From a virus, in UHGV virus genome UHGV-0332176: a DNA stretch of 64,000 nt. One strand, written 5' to 3'. The notes below the pieces were generated by a model that saw nothing but the letters and a program-made list of their open reading frames with translations, did not search any database and was not told the origin of the DNA. Each line of letters starts with the position of its first letter. Positions within the stretch are counted from its first letter, which is position 1. Both the position numbers and the translations under genes were made by a program. Positions 7,198-16,208 of the stretch are shown here, in pieces.

Positions 7198-7641
7198 ATG
7201 TTAAAAACATATGATAAAACAAAATTAGTTTTAAAACCAATGTTTGATACCATTAAAATAGATTGGTATGCAGATGTTTATTATGGTGATACTTGCATCG
7301 GAAGAATTACTGACAGAAATGAAAAAGATATTGGTTATGATATGTATTCTATTAATATTAATGAGCATCAATATGAATGGTTTGACTTTCCAGAAATGAA
7401 TAATGAAAATAAACCTGAATTTGTTTTAGAAGAATATCTTAAACTTTGGAAAGAAATCAATAAAGATATTTTAGAAGTATGTTTAGAACAATTAAATGAA
7501 TTAAATGAACCAACAATAACAGCTCATACTGTTACTAAAATAATGAAAGAAACTGATAGAGGTCTTATACCTGTTAAAGAAGCATTAAGAAAAACAAATG
7601 GCAATATTGAAGAAGCAATTGAAATATTGAAAGGAAATTAA
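7198..7641 (+). CDS. hypothetical protein
   Basis: ORF downstream of the promoter and ribosome-binding site. Confidence 0.55.
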   Translation: MLKTYDKTKLVLKPMFDTIKIDWYADVYYGDTCIGRITDRNEKDIGYDMYSININEHQYEWFDFPEMNNENKPEFVLEEYLKLWKEINKDILEVCLEQLNELNEPTITAHTVTKIMKETDRGLIPVKEALRKTNGNIEEAIEILKGN

Positions 7642-7645
7642 AACT

Positions 7646-8503
7646 ATGGCAACTTTTAAAAATCCATCTCCAAAAATTATTGTTAGGATAGCAAGAGAAA
7701 AATTATTAGATGAATCAATGAACAATGCAATAGTTTTTCTTATGGATTGTTTAGATGGTATGGATGTTCATACAGCTCGTCAAATTATTTTAGGTAATTG
7801 GAATATTACAGAAGATTTTGACTTAGATGAAACACCTGATAAAGATTGGAAAGAAGAATTATCTAAAAATTTTCAATCAGTTTATAAAGATGGGTCAGAA
7901 AAGAAATTTTTTGAAATTATAAGTATGCCATCTACAAAATTTAGTCAACAATATTTAGATAAATTAAGATATTGTATTGAAAAAGGTAATTTAAATAATT
8001 ATATTGAAGCTGAATGGTTTAAATCTGTTAGTAGAAAGATTACACATCTTGAATTAAAAGAAATTGGAGATGTTTTTAATAGTTCTGTTGTTATTGGATA
8101 TTTAGATATTCCATATGATGAAGATTTACCAGTTCATTCTTTTTCAGAATTTACTGATAAAATTAAAAAAAGACATAATGACATTTATCATAATTTTAGT
8201 TCTGATAATTCTTATTATAAAGAAAATGCTGATATAGAATTTTTTAAATGTTATTGGTTAAATAAAGATGGAAATTTAACAATGGTTGAACATTATTGTC
8301 ACGAAAAGTATTGTGATGAAGTTAAACATATTCCTATTGAAATCTATGAAAAAAATAATGTTCGTATTCATTATATGGATTCATACCCATTAGTCGGTAA
8401 AACTTCATATATTGCATTAACGGAACAAAAACGATATACTGATAAGCAATTAGAAGTATTAATGAAAATGCCGTGGGTTAAACTTGACCCTGAAAAATTA
8501 TAA
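7646..8503 (+). CDS. hypothetical protein
   Basis: 285-aa ORF. Confidence 0.55.
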   Translation: MATFKNPSPKIIVRIAREKLLDESMNNAIVFLMDCLDGMDVHTARQIILGNWNITEDFDLDETPDKDWKEELSKNFQSVYKDGSEKKFFEIISMPSTKFSQQYLDKLRYCIEKGNLNNYIEAEWFKSVSRKITHLELKEIGDVFNSSVVIGYLDIPYDEDLPVHSFSEFTDKIKKRHNDIYHNFSSDNSYYKENADIEFFKCYWLNKDGNLTMVEHYCHEKYCDEVKHIPIEIYEKNNVRIHYMDSYPLVGKTSYIALTEQKRYTDKQLEVLMKMPWVKLDPEKL

Positions 8504-8514
8504 AAGGTGATTAA

Positions 8515-8778
8515 ATGGTTAAAATTGAAGTCGGAAAATGTTATCTTGCAAGAGATGGAAGAAAATGTTTTGTTTATTCTAAACCAAAATGTTTAGTTGA
8601 TACTTTTTTATTTGCAAGAGTAGAATATGATACTGATGAATTATGGGAAAATAAATTACACCATAATCATTATATGTGTAATTCTAATGGACTTATTTAT
8701 AAAGATGGATTTGATGAAAATGACCAAGAAATAATGGAAATTTTATCTTGGTTTGATTTAGTTAAGGAATGTGATTAA
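8515..8778 (+). CDS. hypothetical protein
   Basis: ORF. Confidence 0.45.
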   Translation: MVKIEVGKCYLARDGRKCFVYSKPKCLVDTFLFARVEYDTDELWENKLHHNHYMCNSNGLIYKDGFDENDQEIMEILSWFDLVKECD

Positions 8779-8948
8779 TGACAAAATATAAATGTATATA
8801 TGGTTTTACAGAAAAAATAATTGAAGCATCTGATGAAGATGAAGCCAGAGATGAATTTGCATATAATTTTATTGAAAATGAAGATGAAATAAATGATTTT
8901 TTATTACAAGATATAAAATTTTGTACAAAAGTTGAGGAATGCGAATAA
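8778..8948 (+). CDS. small acidic hypothetical protein, not in the ORF track
   Basis: ATG at 8778 overlaps the upstream stop (ATGA) and the frame is open to TAA at 8946-8948; 56 aa. Confidence 0.3.
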   Translation: MTKYKCIYGFTEKIIEASDEDEARDEFAYNFIENEDEINDFLLQDIKFCTKVEECE

Positions 8949-9424
8949 TGTATAAATGGGAAATGAATATTATTAATGATTTTAATAATGAAAAATATAA
9001 ATGGTTATCTAATTTTTATCCTTCAAAATTTATTGCTAATGGTAAGGAATTTTGTAGTGTTGAACAATATTACCAATATGAAAAAGCAATAGAATTTAAT
9101 GATTTTGAAACTGCTGATAAAATTCTTAATACTTCTTCACCAGGTAAAGCTAAATCATTAGGTCGAGATGTTAAAAATTTTGATGATTTAGTATGGAATA
9201 AGTATAAAATTAATATAATGAAAGATGGATTATATGCTAAATTTACACAAAATTCTGAATTATATAATTTATTATTATCAACAGGTTCTTCTATAATAAT
9301 TGAAGGTAATCTATGGCAAGATACTTTTTGGGGTGTTGTAAATGGTGAAGGGCAGAATAATTTAGGATTACTATTAATGTTATTGAGAAATGAATTAAGA
9401 ATGTTAAAGGAAAATGAATGTTAA
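8939..9424 (+). CDS. NADAR (YbiA/DUF1768) domain protein
   Basis: Pattern WLSNFYPS...FCSVEQYYQYEKA...GRDV..F....W......M..YAKFTQN.ELYNLLLSTG...IIEGN..D..WG.G..G.G.N.LG.LLM.LR. Confidence 0.65.
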   Translation: MRIMYKWEMNIINDFNNEKYKWLSNFYPSKFIANGKEFCSVEQYYQYEKAIEFNDFETADKILNTSSPGKAKSLGRDVKNFDDLVWNKYKINIMKDGLYAKFTQNSELYNLLLSTGSSIIIEGNLWQDTFWGVVNGEGQNNLGLLLMLLRNELRMLKENEC

Positions 9425-9702
9425 AAGACGAATTTTTAATACATTATAAACAATTATATAATTGTAAATGGTATCATTACATTTATTATTGGTTTTATAA
9501 TTTTTGGCAGTTGCTAAATTTTAAACATAAGCAATGTGTAACCATCTATCTTTGTCTTAAAGAAGATGAGCCATCTTCTGAAATGTTTTATGCCCCATAT
9601 ATTCCAATAGCAACAAATGATTTAAAAAAGGAATTACCAAAAGGAGTAATAAAGATAAACGATTGTTTTACAACAGATGAAAATGGTAGAGTATTGTATT
9701 AA
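9418..9702 (+). CDS. hypothetical protein with the aromatic motif KWYHYIYYWFYNFWQ; paralogue of 10716-11045
   Basis: Shares a roughly 45-nt near-identical segment with the ORF at 10716. Confidence 0.45.
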   Translation: MLKDEFLIHYKQLYNCKWYHYIYYWFYNFWQLLNFKHKQCVTIYLCLKEDEPSSEMFYAPYIPIATNDLKKELPKGVIKINDCFTTDENGRVLY

Positions 9703-9713
9703 AGGAAGACATA

Positions 9714-10280
9714 ATGAAAAATAATTTAGAAGATTTAATTGAACAGCATAATTTATTAAAAGAGCATCCATTTAGATTAGGTAATGATGAAAAATATCTT
9801 GGAAATTATGCCACAGAATTTCAATCATTTTATAAAAATGTATATGAATATTTAAAAAATGGTAAAACTTATACTGAAGCATATAATGATAAAAAATTTC
9901 AAGCTATGAGTAATATGTATCACGATTTTATGAAAATAACAAGTGATTTAAGGCATCGTATTAATGATATACCATTAGAAAAGAAAACAAATATTATTTT
10001 ATATTTAGAAATGATTTTAGGGTCTATTCATTTTTATTTGGATAATGGTTATTTTAAATCATATTATACATTTTCAGTATTAGAACCTAATAAGTATATG
10101 GTTTATGAATTTAAATATAGTAATAGAAATAAGTGGTCATTATATATGCCGAAAGATAAATTAAAAAAGACTTTAGATTATTATCTTGCTAAACCTCACG
10201 AAGATAACATTTATACATATATTGTTGAATATTATCAAGATTTATATGATAATTATGAAAAGGATTGGAAAGATGAGTGA
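9714..10280 (+). CDS. hypothetical protein
   Basis: ORF with AGGAAG ribosome-binding site. Confidence 0.55.
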   Translation: MKNNLEDLIEQHNLLKEHPFRLGNDEKYLGNYATEFQSFYKNVYEYLKNGKTYTEAYNDKKFQAMSNMYHDFMKITSDLRHRINDIPLEKKTNIILYLEMILGSIHFYLDNGYFKSYYTFSVLEPNKYMVYEFKYSNRNKWSLYMPKDKLKKTLDYYLAKPHEDNIYTYIVEYYQDLYDNYEKDWKDE

Positions 10281-10713
10281 TTATGAAATAATTAAACAAA
10301 TTATGAAACCATTTATGTCAAGAATTCATAAAGGATTAATAGCTGAAACATTAATTTCTGTAAATAAAATTAATGGTTCTATGACCGACTTATTAGCTCC
10401 CCAAATTATTCCAACTTACTATCAACAAATTCTTGATGATATAAAATTATATAAGAATAATATTCAAGTAATATTTTATGATGAAAGAAGTAATAGTATT
10501 AAAGGTTATATTGATTTAAAAAATTATAAAACTTATACAACAGAAGTTGAAGTAATTAAAGAAAAATATTTTAAACAATATAAACAAGATTTAAAATATA
10601 TCAATATTGTTTGTAATAAATTTAATGCTAAATCAGAATTTACAATAGACCGATTACATTCATCTATAATGGGTTGGAGTAATACAATTAATTTTGAAAT
10701 CAAAGGAAATTAA
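10273..10713 (+). CDS. hypothetical protein; start trimmed to ATG 10273, where ATGA overlaps the upstream stop
   Basis: In-frame ATG with AGGATTGGAAAG upstream. The ORF-track start at 10186 would overlap the preceding gene by 95 nt. Confidence 0.45.
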   Translation: MSDYEIIKQIMKPFMSRIHKGLIAETLISVNKINGSMTDLLAPQIIPTYYQQILDDIKLYKNNIQVIFYDERSNSIKGYIDLKNYKTYTTEVEVIKEKYFKQYKQDLKYINIVCNKFNAKSEFTIDRLHSSIMGWSNTINFEIKGN

Positions 10714-10715
10714 AA

Positions 10716-11045
10716 ATGGATTTTAAAGAATTTCAAACAATAGAATTTAAATGGAATAGTAAATGGTATCATTTCATTTACTATTGGTTTTATAATCGTT
10801 GGCAAAAATATATTAAAAAATCTAATAAATGGATTGGTTGTTGCAGAGGTGATGCTTCCCGACCATTAAAAACAAAATATACAGTTGAATTTATTAATGA
10901 TATTACTAAAAATCAAGTTTGTGAAATAGATAATCAGTTAGTAGATAATTTAGCAATAGATTTACAAAAATCTATTGATGATGCTATTAAAGATAGATTA
11001 AATATAACAGATAATTGTAAAAATTTAAAAATAAAGGAAAAATAA
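10716..11045 (+). CDS. hypothetical protein with the KWYHFIYYWFYNRWQ motif
   Basis: Paralogue of 9418-9702. Confidence 0.45.
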   Translation: MDFKEFQTIEFKWNSKWYHFIYYWFYNRWQKYIKKSNKWIGCCRGDASRPLKTKYTVEFINDITKNQVCEIDNQLVDNLAIDLQKSIDDAIKDRLNITDNCKNLKIKEK

Positions 11046-11278
11046 TGAATTACTTAAATATTAAAATGCCTTATCCAATGCCAGATGATTATAATATAGA
11101 ATTGGAAATTGGTGATTATATTGTTAAAGATAAAAATGGTGAATTCTTTATTGATAGTTGGGTAGATAATATAATGGGATTTTATTGTTGGGAATTGGAT
11201 GCCTTATCAGAAATCGTATGTAAATTACCTTCTTGTGAAGAATTACTTAAAATTTTGGAGAAAGAATATGCAGAATAA
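11045..11278 (+). CDS. hypothetical protein
   Basis: ORF. Confidence 0.4.
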   Translation: MNYLNIKMPYPMPDDYNIELEIGDYIVKDKNGEFFIDSWVDNIMGFYCWELDALSEIVCKLPSCEELLKILEKEYAE

Positions 11279-11717
11279 AATTTTAGATGAATATAAAAAA
11301 GCTGTCAAAGAAAATGATTTTTGGAGAAAGAAAGTTTTAACTACTTTACGCTCTGAAATTAAAAATATGGAAATTATGCTTCGTCCAAAAAATTTAACAC
11401 CAACTGATGCAGATATTCTTTGTGTTATTCAAAAAATTATTAAACAAGATAAAGAAGCACTTGGTATGTTTATTGAAAGTGGACGACAAGATTTGATTGA
11501 TGCAACTAATACTGAAATTACAATTCTTGAAGAATTTTTACCAACACAATTAACAAATGATGAAATTGATAATATCATCAAACAAGAAATTGAAAATAAT
11601 AGCTATTCATCAATGAAAGATATGGGCAAATTGATGGGATATTTTAAGAATAATTATTCTGGTCAATGTGATATGGGATATGTATCTAAGAAAATTAAGG
11701 AGATGTTAAATGGATAA
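11268..11717 (+). CDS. GatB/YqeY domain protein
   Basis: Motifs LRSEIKN, KQDKEALGMFIESGRQDLIDATNTEITILEEFLP and MGKLMGYFKNNYSGQCDMGYVSKKIKEML match the YqeY pattern. Start taken at ATG 11268. Confidence 0.6.
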   Translation: MQNKILDEYKKAVKENDFWRKKVLTTLRSEIKNMEIMLRPKNLTPTDADILCVIQKIIKQDKEALGMFIESGRQDLIDATNTEITILEEFLPTQLTNDEIDNIIKQEIENNSYSSMKDMGKLMGYFKNNYSGQCDMGYVSKKIKEMLNG

Positions 11718-11967
11718 TATATTTGCAGGATTATCTAAAAAGCAAATATTATTAATATTGATGATGGCATATAAATGTAGTACATTAGTATCTCCATTAG
11801 ATATGAAAAAAATTTACAATATTTCTTATGATAGAAATTTTTCAGAATTTTTAAAAGATTTATGTTATAAAATTGATAATAATGAAATAATGAATATTGA
11901 TAATGATTATTTTTATTCAAAAGTTTTAAATAATTTAGAAAATGAATTAATAAATGAGGAAAAATAA
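11710..11967 (+). CDS. hypothetical protein
   Basis: ORF. Confidence 0.4.
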   Translation: MDNIFAGLSKKQILLILMMAYKCSTLVSPLDMKKIYNISYDRNFSEFLKDLCYKIDNNEIMNIDNDYFYSKVLNNLENELINEEK

Positions 11968-12454
11968 AATGTTTAAACTAATCGGTAATACTATTGATAA
12001 AATGATGTCAAGTTTTGATAAATGTTTCGATAAATTCGATAAATTGGATAAATGTATAGATAAATTTGAAAGTAATTTTGCAGGTGGTACATTTACAAAT
12101 TGTAACTTTAAAAGTTTTAGAATTTCAAGTAAAGAAAAAAATAATATTCAAATTGGTAATAAAACGTATAATGGTAAAAATATTAGAGGTGTTAATAATA
12201 AAATTATTATTGATGATAATATTGTGCTTGATTCTTCTGAAATTCCTATAATTATTATTAATAGTGATGTTGATGGTATAGATGCCACTTCTGTAATAGT
12301 TAATGGTAATGTTAATGGAGATATTGATTGTACATCTATTAAAGTAGCTGGAAATGTAAAAGGTGATATAGATGGTACAAATGTTACTATTGAAGGAAAT
12401 TATGAAGGCAATATTGATGGACTAAATGTTACAATTAATAACAAAGGAAAATAA
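11954..12454 (+). CDS. bactofilin-like beta-helical repeat protein
   Basis: C-terminal repeats G-N-V-x-G-D-I-D-x-T-x-V, reminiscent of the bactofilin DUF583 domain. Confidence 0.5.
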   Translation: MRKNKMFKLIGNTIDKMMSSFDKCFDKFDKLDKCIDKFESNFAGGTFTNCNFKSFRISSKEKNNIQIGNKTYNGKNIRGVNNKIIIDDNIVLDSSEIPIIIINSDVDGIDATSVIVNGNVNGDIDCTSIKVAGNVKGDIDGTNVTIEGNYEGNIDGLNVTINNKGK

Positions 12455-12669
12455 TGAAAAACGAAAGTTGTATAATATCAGATGTTCTTGATTGTGATGG
12501 TTTATATCAAGTAACATATAATAGAAAATGCAATAATTGTGATTATCAGGAATTAAAAGATAGAAAATTTGTTCAAGTTTTAAAAAACGGAATTACTCAA
12601 GATATTGATAATTGGCATTGTCCGAAATGTAATATATTAAATATGACTCAAATTACTGTTGATAAATAA
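12454..12669 (+). CDS. small Zn-ribbon protein with CxxC...CPKC
   Basis: CNNCDY ... WHCPKCN. Confidence 0.45.
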   Translation: MKNESCIISDVLDCDGLYQVTYNRKCNNCDYQELKDRKFVQVLKNGITQDIDNWHCPKCNILNMTQITVDK

Positions 12670-12699
12670 ATGAAACATATTAAGTAAAAGGAGTCTAAA

Positions 12700-12987
12700 A
12701 TGACATTTAAAGAAATTTGGTCATCATTTTGTGATAAAACAAAAGAACAAGGAATCAAGGCTTGGGAAGGTATTAAACAAGTTTGTTCATCATCTTTTTC
12801 AATATTAAAAAATACTGTAATTGGATTTTTTACAGGTATATATAATTGGTTAGTTGATATTATTACTGGTGTTGGTAAAGTTGTAATTGCATTAGTATCT
12901 TTTGTTTTTTCAGCATTAGGTTCAGCTATTTTTGCAACATTAAAATTATGTTTAGATAAATTAATTGAATGGGTTACTAAATGGTAA
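12700..12987 (+). CDS. small membrane protein with two predicted transmembrane helices, holin-like topology
   Basis: Hydrophobic segments VIGFFTGIYNWLVDIITGV and VVIALVSFVFSALGSAIFATL. Confidence 0.45.
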   Translation: MTFKEIWSSFCDKTKEQGIKAWEGIKQVCSSSFSILKNTVIGFFTGIYNWLVDIITGVGKVVIALVSFVFSALGSAIFATLKLCLDKLIEWVTKW

Positions 12988-13022
12988 TATAATTTAAATT
13001 AGACTAATCTATACTATATAAA

Positions 13023-13061
13023 TAAATGCATAATAAGAGAAAGGATTTTTATTATGCATTT
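13023..13061 (+). promoter_or_regulatory. 11-bp inverted repeat aaatgcataat N17 attatgcattt spanning the ribosome-binding site and start codon of the 13054 gene
   Basis: Seen directly. The AAGGA site sits in the loop and ATG 13054 lies in the 3' arm. Confidence 0.35.
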
Positions 13062-13722
13062 TTTATTTTCAACAATAAGTGGATTTATTGAATCAATCTG
13101 GCGTAGATGGTATGGTGGTTGGGTAGAAGGAACAATGGAAAATAAGTTACCTAAATGGTTATATAAATTTTTATCTTCTCGTGGAACACAAACCATTTTT
13201 AATTTAATATTTTTATTTGGCATTTTTATGCTTAATCCAATATGGACAGCAACTCCATTATGTAATTGGTTAATTACTCACAGTATTGCAGATTGGTGTA
13301 TTGCATCAATTATGTCAATTATTATTCAATTTGAATTTTGGAGTAGAGGACACGGACCTGCTTTTGATGAAGGACGGGGTATTCCAACACAAGAAACCAT
13401 TGAAAGATACCAAAAAGTATGGTGGGTATTTATTCCTAATAAATTAATTCCTGAAGAACATTGGTATGGATTTTTATATGATTTCATATGGATGTGGACA
13501 AGATATACAATTGGTTTATTTTTAATGATACCATTTTTATGGTCATTTAACATTCTTTGGTTAGGATTAATCGCAACAAGTATATATGCATTGTGTTGGA
13601 CATTATATGAAAGAGAATCTTGGATATTTCCATTAATTCCTTGGCAAATGGCATCTGTTTCTACACAATTAGCTGAATTATTAGTTGGATTTATTGTAGG
13701 CTTTTGGTTAATGTGGTTTTAA
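13054..13722 (+). CDS. multi-pass membrane protein, Trp-rich, function unknown
   Basis: About five hydrophobic segments in a 222-aa ORF. Confidence 0.5.
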   Translation: MHFLFSTISGFIESIWRRWYGGWVEGTMENKLPKWLYKFLSSRGTQTIFNLIFLFGIFMLNPIWTATPLCNWLITHSIADWCIASIMSIIIQFEFWSRGHGPAFDEGRGIPTQETIERYQKVWWVFIPNKLIPEEHWYGFLYDFIWMWTRYTIGLFLMIPFLWSFNILWLGLIATSIYALCWTLYERESWIFPLIPWQMASVSTQLAELLVGFIVGFWLMWF

Positions 13723-13745
13723 ATTAAACACTTGACTAATAATTA

Positions 13746-13778
13746 AAACTGGAATATAATAATTCCAGTTTTATTTTT
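13746..13778 (+). terminator. rho-independent terminator
   Basis: aaaactggaat/attccagtttt hairpin plus T-run. Confidence 0.55.
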
Positions 13779-13789
13779 ATGAGGGTTTT

Positions 13790-14332
13790 ATGGAAGAATG
13801 GAAAGATATAAAAGGATATGAAGGTTTATATTTAATTAGTAGTTATGGTCGTTGTAAAACAACAAATTTTAGACCTGGTTATGGTCGTATACCAGAAAGT
13901 TCAGAATGTATTTTAAAAATTGAAAATCCTGATTATCATCAAGGATATGCTCTTGTATCATTATCTAAAAATGGAAAAAAGAAAAAATTTAGAATACATA
14001 GATTAGTTGCTGAAGCATTTATTCCAAATCCTAATAATTATCCGTGTGTTAATCATATTGATGGAAACAAATTAAATAATAATGTTAATAATTTAGAATG
14101 GTGTACAGAAAAGCAGAATATGGAACACGCTGCTAAATTTAATTTAGTTAATCGTGGAAAACGGCAATATGTTAAACAATTAACATTAGATGGTAAATTA
14201 ATAAAAATTCATAAATCAATCAGAGAAGCATCTCGTGAAACAAATATTTGTAGAGATTCTATTACTAAATGTTTAAAAGGTAAGCAAAAACAATGTGGTA
14301 ATTTTAAATGGGAATATGTAGAAAATAAATAA
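13790..14332 (+). CDS. HNH homing endonuclease with an N-terminal NUMOD4 motif
   Basis: WKDIKGYEGLYLISSYGR (NUMOD4) and VNHIDGNKLNNNVNNLEWCTEKQN (HNH_3). Confidence 0.7.
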   Translation: MEEWKDIKGYEGLYLISSYGRCKTTNFRPGYGRIPESSECILKIENPDYHQGYALVSLSKNGKKKKFRIHRLVAEAFIPNPNNYPCVNHIDGNKLNNNVNNLEWCTEKQNMEHAAKFNLVNRGKRQYVKQLTLDGKLIKIHKSIREASRETNICRDSITKCLKGKQKQCGNFKWEYVENK

Positions 14333-14340
14333 TTTTTCTC

Positions 14341-14368
14341 TTGACAAATAAAAAATATATCTTATATT
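14341..14368 (+). promoter_or_regulatory. sigma70-like promoter
   Basis: TTGACA 14341-14346 and TATATT 14363-14368. Confidence 0.45.
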
Positions 14369-14420
14369 ACACCTATCAAGGCAATTTGATAAGTTTTTAA
14401 TTTTTTATTGGAGAAAATGA

Positions 14421-14771
14421 ATGCTTGATACTACTAAATACGAAAACAAACTTTCTTATCCTAAAAGTATTAGTGAAGAAAGAACAGAGTATAGAAACCT
14501 TTTGGTAAAAGATAATCTTTCTCCTGCTCAAAAACTTCGTATTGAAGAATTGAAACCTATTGTTGATGAATTTGATGCTAAACGGAAAGCATATCGTGAT
14601 GAAGATAAACGTTTGTATGAACAATTCAAAAAAGATTTGTTTGAAGAATATGGAGTAACTAATAATCCAAAAGTTGAACAAGCATATTCTTTGGCTTATG
14701 CATATGGTCATTCTTGTGGCTTGAATGAAATTCAAAACTACTTTTCAGAATTGGTAGATTTAATTATCTAA
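14421..14771 (+). CDS. hypothetical protein
   Basis: ORF downstream of the promoter, with GGAG ribosome-binding site. Confidence 0.5.
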   Translation: MLDTTKYENKLSYPKSISEERTEYRNLLVKDNLSPAQKLRIEELKPIVDEFDAKRKAYRDEDKRLYEQFKKDLFEEYGVTNNPKVEQAYSLAYAYGHSCGLNEIQNYFSELVDLII

Positions 14772-14797
14772 TTTTTTGAAAAAATATATTTTACCTC

Positions 14798-14825
14798 TTG
14801 ACAAGTTAAAAACTGGTGTTATAAT
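14798..14825 (+). promoter_or_regulatory. sigma70-like promoter: TTGACA, 16 nt, TGtTATAAT
   Basis: Near-consensus, with TATAAT at 14820-14825. Confidence 0.55.
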
Positions 14826-14859
14826 GACATCAGTTTTTAACTTATATGGAGATGAACGA

Positions 14860-15399
14860 ATGACTATTTTAACAACTGTTTCTTGCTTAAATCCTTTCTT
14901 TATGAATGATAGGCAAATTACAAACATTATTTTTTATAATGATGAAGGAATTTTATTTGAAACTCATCACGGCTGGTTTGGAAATAGCAATAATGTTTTT
15001 AAATCATTTGACCTTGTTGATGAAGTAAAAGTTCGCAGAATTACAGCTTTAAATAAATTGGATAAAAAAGAAAACTTTGTTGTTTCTTCATCAATTGCTT
15101 ATTCAAATGATAAAGGGTATGATTTATATCTTTATATTGATGGTAAAAATATCAGTCTTGATAAAGAAGAATTTAAAGAAGAAAACTTTTCTTCTACACA
15201 AATTAGAAAATATGTTAATCGTTGTTTAACTATTTATAATAAAAAAATTGACTTGGAAGAAACTTTAAAATTTGTAGATACTGATTTTGGTCAAGAAGTT
15301 AAAAAGATTGAAGAAGAATTATCTTCATTGGGTATTAAAATTAATCAATATGATTTAACAAAACTTTTGAAAAATTATAATTTAGTAAAGCGGTCTTAA
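14860..15399 (+). CDS. hypothetical protein; start moved to ATG 14860 downstream of the promoter
   Basis: The ORF-track start at 14776 would contain the promoter. ATG 14860 has a GGAG site 10 nt upstream. Confidence 0.5.
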   Translation: MTILTTVSCLNPFFMNDRQITNIIFYNDEGILFETHHGWFGNSNNVFKSFDLVDEVKVRRITALNKLDKKENFVVSSSIAYSNDKGYDLYLYIDGKNISLDKEEFKEENFSSTQIRKYVNRCLTIYNKKIDLEETLKFVDTDFGQEVKKIEEELSSLGIKINQYDLTKLLKNYNLVKRS

Positions 15400-15412
15400 T
15401 GACCGCTTTTTT
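15388..15412. terminator. bidirectional terminator between convergent genes
   Basis: aagcggtc-ttaat-gaccgctt hairpin plus T6. Confidence 0.55.
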
Positions 15413-16112
15413 ATCTTTCACTCATTGGAACTTCTGAATTAGCATATATAAATCTATATTGAAAAATTTCAGTATTTGTTATGTTAGAATTTATTTTAAT
15501 ATAATCATTTTTAGATACAGGAAATAAACATCTCATAATAACATCTGCTCCATTATGATACCATCCCTGACCATAAATATTATTAGAAAATATTTCAATA
15601 TAATTTGTTGTATTAATATCCGTTTTTTTCTGTAATGATATATATCCATTTGCTATTGCTGTATAACCTGTCAATCCTTGATTCCAAGTATTATCAGTAA
15701 TATCAATATATTTTTTACTGGGCATATCTAAACCTGCACCAGAAATTTGATACCATTCTGTCCATACACCTGTTTCATTTTCATTATATGAATTATAAGT
15801 ACGAGCATAAAGATTTGTTCCAATATTTGTTGAAATTATACTATTTTGTGAGTGGGCATATTGCCAAATTGCCTTCCTTGTTGGCGATGATTTTTGCGTA
15901 TGAACTGTTATAAACCATACTGTTGAATTAAAATCAACAGGACAATGGGTAATATCAATACTTCCAAAATCAACAGGTACATAATATAAACCCGTCTCAA
16001 TTAATGTATCAAAATCAGTATTTTTATTTTTAATTATATAATTTGATTTAGAATTTAATATATCATTTAATCCATCAACACGTGAAATAGGTAATTTACT
16101 TGTATCAACCAT
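15411..16112 (-). CDS. short tail-fibre or receptor-binding protein; N-terminus DTSKLPISRVD shared with 38599-39003, C-terminal module shared with the 33243 and 34911 fibres
   Basis: Paralogy seen in the ORF translations: the MPSKKYI...G.SG..YTA.ANGY module. Confidence 0.55.
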   Translation of the reverse strand: MVDTSKLPISRVDGLNDILNSKSNYIIKNKNTDFDTLIETGLYYVPVDFGSIDITHCPVDFNSTVWFITVHTQKSSPTRKAIWQYAHSQNSIISTNIGTNLYARTYNSYNENETGVWTEWYQISGAGLDMPSKKYIDITDNTWNQGLTGYTAIANGYISLQKKTDINTTNYIEIFSNNIYGQGWYHNGADVIMRCLFPVSKNDYIKINSNITNTEIFQYRFIYANSEVPMSER

Positions 16113-16208
16113 AATTTTATCCCCTTTGAAGTTATTTAATAAATAACTTCAAACCTTTTTAATGAGAGTTCAATGAATAAATATTTGTATAGTTTTAAAG
16201 GTTTTTAA

